From: Candidatus Hodarchaeota archaeon
GTDB taxonomy: Archaea; Asgardarchaeota; Heimdallarchaeia; Hodarchaeales; Hodarchaeaceae
Direction of reading: 5' to 3'
Assembly (NCBI GenBank): GCA_029856365.1
Contig: JAHQWW010000037.1
Coordinates: forward strand, 1 to 28,703
Length of the DNA: 28,703 bases
The notes under the pieces were generated by a model. It was not told the origin of the DNA and did no database searches. It saw only the letters and a program-made list of their open reading frames with translations. Below are positions 1-8,495 of the stretch, one piece after another. The translations under genes were made by a program, and so were the position numbers. Each line of letters starts with the position of its first letter. The stretch's first letter is position 1.

Positions 1-165
1 CTTGTGCTGAGAAAAGTCCTTCATCTTGCTGTCACCTCCATGAACGACCTTGTACTTATCACCCTTCTTGGCAAGTACCATCCACTTCTTACCAGGTCGT
101 GTAGATTTCTTCTTAGCACCTACCTTGGAAAAACCCTTCTTCTTGTATCGTTCTGGAACAGCCAT
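1..165 (-). CDS. Virus/phage-type small basic protein, DUF5754-like; 5' part only, runs off the window
   Basis: Hand translation from ATG 165: MAVPERYKKKGFSKVGAKKKSTRPGKKWMVLAKKGDKYKVVHGGDSKMKDFSQHK. The S-x-R-x-G-K-K-W-M-V...V-H-x-G...D-F/Y-x-Q-H-K pattern is recalled from DUF5754 viral proteins. About 45% GC; 15 of 16 Lys codons are AAG. Not in the ORF track. Confidence 0.65.
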   Translation of the reverse strand, partial: MAVPERYKKKGFSKVGAKKKSTRPGKKWMVLAKKGDKYKVVHGGDSKMKDFSQHK

Positions 166-203
166 AACTCAAAGGTACGGAATTTTGAGGATATAACATT
201 GTA

Positions 204-1640
204 TTACTCAACTGGCTCACCATGCCTTATGAACATCTCCAATATCTTACCCTCGTATTCATTGTTATTATTAGGTACAGTGGATGTTCCTTCATGGACA
301 TAACAGGGATTAGGAAGTGTTCTAGTCTCGTTGGGTAATTGTAAGTAAATGGCTTGAATATCACTCCATTTTAAGCCCATCGAACTTAAAATGCTCTCAT
401 AATCATCTTTGGATTTTGAAAATGTTGCAGCAGCTTGAATAGTATCACTGATATTCTTATAATCCATGGTATATTCAAATATCCCCTCTTCATCTGATGT
501 ATCATCCTCTATTGAAACATCAGCATAGATTCCTAATAAATCATTGAAATTACTGCCATAATCAGAAGGATAAATCTCCCGTGATTTAGCTGAGTCTATT
601 ATCAAGTCACTACCACTAGCATCATATAAATTGAAAGAATCAGCCTCGACATACGAACCAGATTTGCCATTCCAAGTTGTAGGGAGACAATTAGGAAATG
701 AATTGTGTACCGAGACATCTACAATTTCATTACTGTAATCTAAGGGAATTTGAACTCTGAATTGAGCTGTTCGTTCTGATTCAGTAATTTCCTCAGAGTA
801 AGGTGTACCTTCTTCAAAAGGTGTTAATGTGCGATAACCTAATGGATCATAACGCCACCATCCGATAACATCAGTTCCACTAGAAGTACCATGCAGCTCA
901 TAAGTTGTGAGAGATCCTATCCGCCAATAAGCTGGTGGGTAAGTTTCGTCAGTTTGATCACTTGAAACATTGAATAAAGCATCATAGGGATTTTGTAAAC
1001 CTGCAGTAAATTGGTCAAGAAGATTCTCAAGAAGATAGGTGGCATCCCAAGTTGGAGTATTATACAACTCCCAATTAATGTTTTTCTTCTTGTAATCCTC
1101 AAAACGACTTCTTTGCCTGGGAGTTGCCAACCCCACAATTTCTGTGATATAAGTCCCCATGAATAAAGCAATGATAAGAAGTGTAGGCAATAAGTTTAAA
1201 AGGTTTCTGCTAATATCCTTCTGCGCAAGCTGGTCAATCCTAGTACGGGCAACTTTAGTTAAGGCAAGCATGAAGATGATAGCTAAAGAGATCATTTGGT
1301 GAAGGAAAAATGGGGAAGAGGCCCCAGAAATAGTTTCCATATACTCAATTGTCGCAAAATTTAATAATATCGTCTTAAAAATCTCAATTGCAAGCGTAAA
1401 ACCATAAGGACCAATCATTTTTCGAGAACGTCGTAATAAAAACCATTCCAACAAAGTGATAACAGAAATCAAAGAGAATCCAACAATGGCCTGTTGATAA
1501 AATTGCTCCTCGTGAGTACTTGTACCAACTTGGGCTTGAAGGAAGGATATAGCTGTTATAAAACAAGTAAAAGCGCTAGCTAATACGAGGTAACGAATCG
1601 CAGAAGGCGCGGGATCCTTTTCTAGCTGTTCCGTACTCAT
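204..1640 (-). pseudogene. Membrane-anchored transglutaminase-like (TgpA/DUF3488-type) protein, N-terminal part; apparently truncated before the catalytic core
   Basis: About 5 N-terminal hydrophobic helices, a PPAYWRIGSLTTYE motif and IYLQLP near the end. In such proteins YLQLP typically precedes the transglutaminase core, which is absent here. Confidence 0.55.
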
Positions 1641-1700
1641 TTATTTCACCGAAAAGACTCTCAACATCTTACTATGGAGTTAATGGTTATCACAAGAAGT

Positions 1701-1778
1701 AATTATAATATTTTATATCATTTTATTCTTGAAGCTTATAAATTATAGTATTTTATATCATTGATTCTCTTGAAGCTA
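1701..1778. repeat. Imperfect tandem duplication, 2 copies with a 40-bp period
   Basis: aattataatattttatatcattttattcttgaagctta (1701) vs aattatagtattttatatcattgattctcttgaagcta (1741). Confidence 0.85.
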
Positions 1779-1855
1779 TCTTGTTGAAATATCTCTTCTT
1801 ACAATATTATTTGATTTATAACTTCCCATTTAAAAAACCTATAAAATTTTAAAAT

Positions 1856-4336
1856 TCACTTATCTTGGAAAAAGAACAGTGAGCAAAATACACATAAACG
1901 GTATGGTTTTTTCCCTCGTTTTATGACAGATAACGTTTGATTTCCACATTTCTCACAGGGATCACTAAGGGTGATTGATGTTCCTTTACGAAGATTTGGG
2001 GCTTTCCAAGTTCGATTACATTTGTCACAAATTACTTGGGTAATCTCTTGCTCAAATTTTATGAGAACATCTCCCCCACAGTCAGGACAATTGCCAAGAA
2101 ACTGCTCTGGAGAGATGACCTCCCAGGATCCCGAAAAAGGACAATCAGTTCGATTACAATCAGTACAAAACCATGGCTGATCGTTTTTAGCTTCTCTTGT
2201 CCAACAGACAGGACACATGACCCAGCTGTAAGATTTAGAGGAGATTAGCAAAGGAGTTCCATTACAAATAAGACAATTCTCATTCTCTAATGTTGATAGA
2301 TCTCCTTTCTTTGGAAGAGGAAAGCTTGTCTTGCAAAGAGGATTGGAGCATTTTAAAAATCGTGAATCTCCTTTTCCTTGATGAAGAACAAGGTTTCCTT
2401 GACATTCTGGACAGACACCAAAAACTTTACCAACTCCAGTCATTGCTTTTATACTTTGAACCAAAGTAGAGAATATTTCCTCCTGATTTGCTTTCATTCT
2501 CTGTAAACCACGAGTGGTCAATTCGATAACAAGATCATCAACATCTTCGGGAGTTTTTTCGTGGTCACGAATTTGCTGGGTCCAAGATTCAACTTTCCCT
2601 CTTATTTCTGGTATAATGAGATCTTCAGCATTTTGTGTTAAAACTTGATATAAAGCCATTCCTAGAGAAGTTGGTACTAATATTCTACGGGCCCCTCGGT
2701 TAATTGTATACATCCGTTTTTGAACAGTATCAATATGTGATGATCGTGTTGCATCAGTTCCAAGGTTTAATTTTGCCATTTTACGAATTAATTGAGATTC
2801 ACTCCATAGTGAAGGTGGGGTTGTGAATCCTTGATGTTTAAAGGCTTCAATTGTTTGTTTACTCCCTTTCTCTAGCCGAGGTAATTCATTTCCCTTGATT
2901 TTCTTAAATTTATAGAATTTTAAATATCCGAGGGTAATAATTCTTTGTCCTTTTGCAATGAATTCTTCTGATGCAGCACTAAGTATAATATATTGATTCA
3001 CAACCGTAGCTTCAGAGTGAATAGTAGCCAAAAATCTCCATACAACATAAGAATAGATATTCCATGCTTGATTGATTATTGCAGGCGTTTTTTTGAAGAT
3101 CTTTTCAATTTCAGATCGGTTAACCGCTTTCACTGGTTTTATTGGTTCATGATCTTTTGTAAATCTCCCCTTACTGGGATTTTGGACGCCTTCCAGTGCG
3201 ATACACTCTTTTGCTATAGGACCAAAAATATCATGAGAGGTAAATTTCTTAGCTAATTTTGTCAGGTCTTTCTCAAGATAGAAAGAACTCTCTGTTCGTG
3301 GGTATGTTATAATACCATTGTTGTATAATCTTTCAGCAATATCAGCAACTTGTTTTGGACTAATTTTAAAGAACTGAGAACATTCTGCTTCAAGAGTATC
3401 TGTATCTAATGGTAGAGGGCGTTTGATAATTCCTGTTTCTTCATTGTAATCCGTTATAATTCCCTTTATAGTTTTTTCTAACTCTGATATTAAATTGTTG
3501 ACAATTTCCTCATCTGTTACTGGATTTCCTTTCCAATTGAGAAATAAAGGCCCTTCTGACGTAGATATTTTAACCGAGACCTTCCAAAATTTTTCAGGAG
3601 AGAAATTCCTATTCTCTAGAAATCTATTTGCTATTAACCATAAAACACTCGTCTGACAAGGCCCATATGAGATTATCCTGTTTTGGATACCACGATTTTG
3701 AATTCCAACAGTAAGATATCGAGTTATTGAGGAACCCATTCGAAGATCCTGTTTTCTGAGAGAATCCACTTGTTTAATCCAATCCCAGTTTAGATCTGTC
3801 TGAGCTTCAAACGCTTTCTTTAAGCTGATAGGATTAGTACTTGTAAAATGCATTCGACCATGACGAATTTTCTTGTTGGTGCGAGTAGCTATTTTAAGGA
3901 TTTGATGTCCTATTGACTCCCCATGCCCATCCCAATCAGTGGCAATAACAACAATATCAGATTCTTTTCCTATTTCCTCGACATGGGATATCATATTCGC
4001 TTGAATCGGAACCTCTATAGGTTCAAGTTCGATCAAATCTAGAGGATCTGAATTATGCCAATTTGTATCTTTATCGAAGGGAGGAAGATAATCATAATTG
4101 AGAATATGTCCTGAAACACTTGAGATAATGAAACGATCTTCTTCTCGAAGACGATATTCATCTTTTTCTATCCAAAAATTAATTTCTTGGTTATCGATAG
4201 CACTTTCATAAATGTAATTGTATCTTGTTTTGCCTTTTCGACTTTTAAATTTGAGTTTATAGACAATAGTAAAAGCTCTAACCAAAGCTCGCGCAATAGA
4301 AGGCTTTTCAGCTAAAATCGAAATGGTTGCTCTCAC
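1856..4336 (-). CDS. topA: Type IA DNA topoisomerase (topoisomerase III, eukaryotic Top3-like) with C-terminal Zn-finger array
   Basis: TOPRIM motifs AEKPS and ATDWD; SVSGHI; ISYGPCQ; active-site ITYPRTES; LGTDAT; multiple CxxC pairs at the C-terminus. Confidence 0.95.
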   Translation of the reverse strand: MRATISILAEKPSIARALVRAFTIVYKLKFKSRKGKTRYNYIYESAIDNQEINFWIEKDEYRLREEDRFIISSVSGHILNYDYLPPFDKDTNWHNSDPLDLIELEPIEVPIQANMISHVEEIGKESDIVVIATDWDGHGESIGHQILKIATRTNKKIRHGRMHFTSTNPISLKKAFEAQTDLNWDWIKQVDSLRKQDLRMGSSITRYLTVGIQNRGIQNRIISYGPCQTSVLWLIANRFLENRNFSPEKFWKVSVKISTSEGPLFLNWKGNPVTDEEIVNNLISELEKTIKGIITDYNEETGIIKRPLPLDTDTLEAECSQFFKISPKQVADIAERLYNNGIITYPRTESSFYLEKDLTKLAKKFTSHDIFGPIAKECIALEGVQNPSKGRFTKDHEPIKPVKAVNRSEIEKIFKKTPAIINQAWNIYSYVVWRFLATIHSEATVVNQYIILSAASEEFIAKGQRIITLGYLKFYKFKKIKGNELPRLEKGSKQTIEAFKHQGFTTPPSLWSESQLIRKMAKLNLGTDATRSSHIDTVQKRMYTINRGARRILVPTSLGMALYQVLTQNAEDLIIPEIRGKVESWTQQIRDHEKTPEDVDDLVIELTTRGLQRMKANQEEIFSTLVQSIKAMTGVGKVFGVCPECQGNLVLHQGKGDSRFLKCSNPLCKTSFPLPKKGDLSTLENENCLICNGTPLLISSKSYSWVMCPVCWTREAKNDQPWFCTDCNRTDCPFSGSWEVISPEQFLGNCPDCGGDVLIKFEQEITQVICDKCNRTWKAPNLRKGTSITLSDPCEKCGNQTLSVIKRGKKPYRLCVFCSLFFFQDK

Positions 4337-4433
4337 AATTAAAACCCAAATAGTTTTTTACAATCCAAGATTCTTCAAATTAATAATCAGTTTTAAAGAT
4401 AAAGAAAATTACATTACCTTCTAGGTTGATCTT

Positions 4434-4955
4434 ATGAGTCGTCTTTCTTCGTTTCGCTTGTATATTACTGGAGGAACAGGAACAGGAAAGACAAGTGTGG
4501 CCAAGAAGCTTACTAGAATATTGTCTCTTGAATATTTAGAATTAAACACGGTAGTTCTTGAGAAAGGATTCTATCTGGGTTATGATATTAATCGTGATTC
4601 AGTAATTATTGATGATGATCTGATTACTGCTTATTTAGAGAAAGTGATAATCAATAAACAACGTATTTGTTTAGTTGGGGGTATTATTCCTTTGAAAAAC
4701 ATTTTTGATCTTATTATTGTCCTGCGTTGTCGTCCTGACATCCTCAGACTGCGATTATTATCTCGAAATTATCCAGAAGAAAAAATTGAAGCAAATATTG
4801 AAGCTGAAATAATGAATGTTGTATATTATGAAGCCATTGAATTCTTTTCAGACCAAAAAGTCATTGAGGTTAATAACGATGAATATTCAATTGATATAAC
4901 TTGTGATCAAATTGTCTCAAAAGTGCGTCAGCATCATCCGAGCGTTTTGGAATGA
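4434..4955 (+). CDS. Atypical adenylate kinase, AK6/Fap7 (hCINAP) family
   Basis: P-loop ITGGTGTGKTS, YDxxRDSxIID, and LRCRPDILRLRLLSRNYPEEKIEANIEAE lid motif. Confidence 0.85.
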   Translation: MSRLSSFRLYITGGTGTGKTSVAKKLTRILSLEYLELNTVVLEKGFYLGYDINRDSVIIDDDLITAYLEKVIINKQRICLVGGIIPLKNIFDLIIVLRCRPDILRLRLLSRNYPEEKIEANIEAEIMNVVYYEAIEFFSDQKVIEVNNDEYSIDITCDQIVSKVRQHHPSVLE

Positions 4956-5621
4956 TTGCTTAACTGAACCAAGAGGAGATCCAGAGGTAGAAATTACTGG
5001 AGACATATGCCCAGGAAGTAGTACCTGAATTTCTAATTCTGATAAGCGTCTTAATGATTCTACTAAATCTTTACTATTTCCTGTGCGTAAATCAGTTCGG
5101 CCAAAAGATCCTTGTGGAAATACAGTATCCCCACTAACTAAGGTACGATTCTTCTTATCCCAAAGAGAAATCGATCCATGGGTGTGGCCAGGGGTGTGCA
5201 ATACTTCAAAAGAAAAATTACCTATATGTATGACATCTCCTTCAAAAACTTCTTGAGATATTTCAATGGGAGAACATGTTGAAGCCATAAATGGTTCGAT
5301 ATAGGAGCTATCACCAGATTTCAAATGTTGAGCCTCTATTTCTGAAGTTATTACATCTAGTTCAAGTTTTGATTGAAGAGCCATTATGCCTCCAACGTGG
5401 TCAATGTGACCATGTGTTAACAAAACCTGAGTAATTTTTCTATGGATAATAGCCTCTTCCAAAATTTTAATGCTTCTTTTTTGGTCTCCAAAACCAAAGT
5501 TCATCCTTCCTCCTAATCCAGAGTCAATCATGAGGGATTCTCCTTCAGACTCGATAATGAAGACATTACAATCTAAGCCTTGACCAAGCATCCAAGTTAT
5601 TCCTTGTGCGATTTCTCTCAT
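4917..5621 (-). CDS. MBL-fold metallo-hydrolase (glyoxalase II-like)
   Basis: THGHIDH, HTPGHT, SGDTVF, GRTDL and LLPGH motifs. Confidence 0.92.
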   Translation of the reverse strand: MREIAQGITWMLGQGLDCNVFIIESEGESLMIDSGLGGRMNFGFGDQKRSIKILEEAIIHRKITQVLLTHGHIDHVGGIMALQSKLELDVITSEIEAQHLKSGDSSYIEPFMASTCSPIEISQEVFEGDVIHIGNFSFEVLHTPGHTHGSISLWDKKNRTLVSGDTVFPQGSFGRTDLRTGNSKDLVESLRRLSELEIQVLLPGHMSPVISTSGSPLGSVKQSFQNARMMLTHF

Positions 5622-5708
5622 AAGAATCCCTCTATATTTTTTTACAAAAAAGACAACAACGCAGTGAGCTATTAAGCTACTTTAATAGAAATAATAAAAA
5701 AAGTGAAA

Positions 5709-5755
5709 GACTGGAGTCTCTAGTTATAACGCCGCCATTAAGACCCAGTCCAGTC
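5709..5755 (-). terminator. Stem-loop downstream of the Lrp/AsnC gene, followed on the minus strand by a T-rich run
   Basis: gactggagtct (5709-5719) pairs with agacccagtc (5741-5750) with one bulge; the minus strand continues TTTCACTTTTTT. Confidence 0.45.
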
Positions 5756-5772
5756 AAGAAGGATGAAAAACT

Positions 5773-6015
5773 TTATTCGTTGGCCCCTTCAACTACGATC
5801 ATGGTTAAAGTTGAACGGACATTATCTAGTCCGCGAATGTTAGTCGTAATGATCTCTTTCAGCTCGTCCATAGTATCGGCTTCAACTTTGGCTACAATGT
5901 CATAAACGCCATATACAATCCATGCACCAACCACACCTTTCGTGGACTTCAAGTCTTCAAGGACTTCGTCTTCTGATCCGATCTCAGCATTAACTAAAAC
6001 AAAAGCAGCGGGCAT
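5773..6015 (-). CDS. Stand-alone Lrp/AsnC ligand-binding (RAM) domain protein
   Basis: 80 aa with AFVLVN...VYGVYDIVAKVEA...IRGLDNVRSTLT; no HTH; GAGGTG RBS upstream. Confidence 0.93.
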   Translation of the reverse strand: MPAAFVLVNAEIGSEDEVLEDLKSTKGVVGAWIVYGVYDIVAKVEADTMDELKEIITTNIRGLDNVRSTLTMIVVEGANE

Positions 6016-6199
6016 TCTTTCACCTCTAAATTCTATATGATCATAATTTATTCATTTTGTTACTATTAACCTCATTCGCTTATGTATTTAAAAAACCTCC
6101 TAAAAATATGTCGAACAATTGCATTGAATGAATTCAATTAGAAGTTCTAATGATCTCTTCTCAAGGTTATTAAAATTGATAAAAATATACTCAATCTTA

Positions 6200-6529
6200 T
6201 TCACACGAGGTCATCAACTAGCTCGTTGTCGTAACTAGTCTCCATCGTGAGGGATGTAACCCGACATCCTTTATCCTGTCAGCGTTAACGGCGTTCAGGA
6301 ATGCTTTTTTCAGAATGTTATACGCCCCATTCACATCCGCATTAATTATAGTGCCTTTTTGAGATTTGAATAGCCCTCTAGTCATTCTTTGGCCTAGATA
6401 TTTGTTATGGTGTTCGATTGGTTCATTATCCAAGCAAGAACACTTACTCGAATAACTTTCCTCTTGTTTGATGACTGATATTCCCTGTTCTGTGGCTTTA
6501 TAGTCCAATTGTTGAATTAGTTTGTAGTA
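6200..6529 (-). mobile_element. tnpB: IS200/IS605-family relic: 3' fragment of tnpB (part of RuvC-II, Zn finger, RuvC-III) plus candidate right end
   Basis: YYKLIQQLDYKA...EESYSSKCSCLD...RGLFKS...INADVNGAYNILKK...VGLHP. The N-terminal part of the protein is missing. Boundaries approximate. Confidence 0.88.
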
Positions 6530-6545
6530 AGAAGTTCCAAGATCT

Positions 6546-6824
6546 ATGATATTCGGTCACTTACACAGAGAGGAGGTTTCTGTTGTTATTATTTCGCTTT
6601 TATTAGGTCACGAATCCATAGAAACCACTATGAAATATATTTCTGTTTCTGAAAGTGAGAAAAGACAAGCTCAACAAAAAGCTACTTATTTAGGCAAAAT
6701 ATCAGAAGAAACCAAGAGATTAGAGTGTTTAAATCGAGAAAAAGAGGATTTGATAGCTCAGATTAATGAATTAAGCAGACAAAATGAATTACTCCTGGAA
6801 AGAGTGAGGAGGTTAAGAACTTGA
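6546..6824 (+). pseudogene. C-terminal fragment of a tyrosine recombinase/integrase with a coiled-coil tail
   Basis: ISLLLGHESIETTMKY (box II LGH...TT..Y with the catalytic Tyr). The upstream R and HxxR motifs are absent, and there is an in-frame stop at 6528-6530. Confidence 0.75.
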
Positions 6825-6933
6825 GTTTTTTCCTGTGTTATTGTTGTTACTATAAAAGGAGTCATTCATATTACCTTAATGTTATGTATTTTATAATTCA
6901 TTGAAGACACTTCAAGTTCGAGGACTCTTTAGT

Positions 6934-7458
6934 ATGAATAATCCTTTTGACCAGATTTCAGGCCAAATTATCATTAAAGGACGGGTTTATTCGGCCAAAG
7001 AAGTCATTCGGGGATTGTTAGAACAAGGAATTGCAATAACTGAGAGTTCTGAAGGACTGAAAATAGGATTCAAGGTTTTTTCGCCCCAATCGACGTCTTC
7101 TAATACCGTCTTAGAAGAAGATGGGGTCATAAATTGCCCTTTTATTCCCTATATGTCTCAAATTACAACCCGTCTCAATGATCTTTCAACGCTTTTAAAC
7201 CTCTCACATAATGATGCTGGTTTTTCTCCATCAAAGAGCTCAATTACCTCATCTATGCCTGAAGATCCACCCCTATCATCGTTTTCACCTTTTAATACCT
7301 CCTCCTTTCAATCAGATGAGGAAAAAGAAAAGGAGAAATTCTTTAGTTCAAATAGTAGCTTCTTTGACAATCGTCGGAAATGTCCCTCTTGTGGAGCTTC
7401 CATCTCCCAGAATGCATTTTTCTGCAATAAATGTGGAAATCATGTGAGATCAGGTTGA
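6934..7458 (+). CDS. Hypothetical protein with Ser-rich linker and C-terminal zinc ribbon
   Basis: CPSCG...FCNKCG at the C-terminus. ATG 6934 is preferred over TTG 6901. Confidence 0.75.
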   Translation: MNNPFDQISGQIIIKGRVYSAKEVIRGLLEQGIAITESSEGLKIGFKVFSPQSTSSNTVLEEDGVINCPFIPYMSQITTRLNDLSTLLNLSHNDAGFSPSKSSITSSMPEDPPLSSFSPFNTSSFQSDEEKEKEKFFSSNSSFFDNRRKCPSCGASISQNAFFCNKCGNHVRSG

Positions 7459-7534
7459 ATCAGTCTCTTATCTTAGTTCTCCCATTTCGACGTACCATGA
7501 TTTCTAGAAGAAAAATAAAAAGATAAAAAAGGAA

Positions 7535-8026
7535 TTATCCCGTTAGTCGTGTTTTCCAATCATATATTTTCTCGATAAGTTGTTCCTTTTCCACAGAAGA
7601 TATCTCTCTAATATTTTTAATTTGATTTGCATACCTTCCCATTTCGTGGAAAGCTGGGTGAAATCCTACTTCGGCAGATTGCATCACTTGGTCTCGCAAA
7701 CTGGATAATGATTTAGCTATTTCAGACCCCTTAGTCATAGTTTGAACCTGACTTAGAAATGAATCTAGTAATCGCCCTGCTTTAGCACTTCCTCCAGAAC
7801 CAGTAACTTGTACCGAGGGTGATGGACTTGGTGTCGGAGTTGGTTTTGGTTTAATTTTCACAACTTCTTTTGGTACTGGTTGAGGGATTTTTACTCCTTC
7901 CATAGCAGCGAAAAGTTTTTCACATCTGAGGGATATTTTTTCCAGCTTATTTGCAAGAACTTCAGCAGTTTTAGTGACCAATTTTAGATCTTCTTTAAGC
8001 TGTTCAACTTCTTTTTCATCAGTCAT
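7535..8026 (-). CDS. Hypothetical protein: N-terminal coiled coil, Pro-rich linker, C-terminal helical bundle
   Basis: Heptad pattern in EVEQLKEDLKLVTKTAEVLANKLEKI; PKPTPTPSPSP linker; four predicted amphipathic helices. ATG 8026 or GTG 8038 start. Confidence 0.75.
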   Translation of the reverse strand: MTDEKEVEQLKEDLKLVTKTAEVLANKLEKISLRCEKLFAAMEGVKIPQPVPKEVVKIKPKPTPTPSPSPSVQVTGSGGSAKAGRLLDSFLSQVQTMTKGSEIAKSLSSLRDQVMQSAEVGFHPAFHEMGRYANQIKNIREISSVEKEQLIEKIYDWKTRLTG

Positions 8027-8495
8027 GTTCAAATCCACTTCTAATGTACTTTATGCAGTTTTTCTCTATTTCTCTTTTTATTTCTTCCGATTTCATGTTA
8101 ACTCACTCAAAGAATCCTTTTCCTTATAGAATTTGGAATGAAACAAATATGACGATTTTAAGGTCTTAAACAAAGCATCATTAAATCTTAAGCATCTAAA
8201 GTGCTTTTTTAACAATTCTAACATTTATACGACTGATAAAATATCTCTTTAGCAAAGTCATAAAGGAATTGTTAATGGATTCATTTCTAGTCTCCATTTA
8301 AAGCTATAATGGCTGGTAATGGCTTTCCCATCAAGAATTGGATCATAGCACAAAATCTTTCGATTAAGTATTAGTAATCTTCCATATTATATACTAAGAA
8401 AATTGATCTATCTAAACATAGATAGAATTATCATCATTAAATAAGTGTATTTGCCTGTCGCAGTGCTAAAACAGGTATCTATCCACGATTAGAAT

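Noticed and set aside
4-303. Track ORF 4..303 (+)
   Set aside because: Antisense shadow; its Leu-richness comes from the AAG codons of the minus-strand ORF at 1-165.
6123-6138. Palindrome attgaat-ga-attcaat upstream of the Lrp/AsnC gene
   Set aside because: Short, AT-rich and likely by chance; the adjacent protein has no DNA-binding domain for autoregulation.
6218-6508. Possible miniature Cas12/CRISPR effector
   Set aside because: Only a tnpB 3' fragment with no RuvC-I; no repeat-spacer array anywhere in the window.
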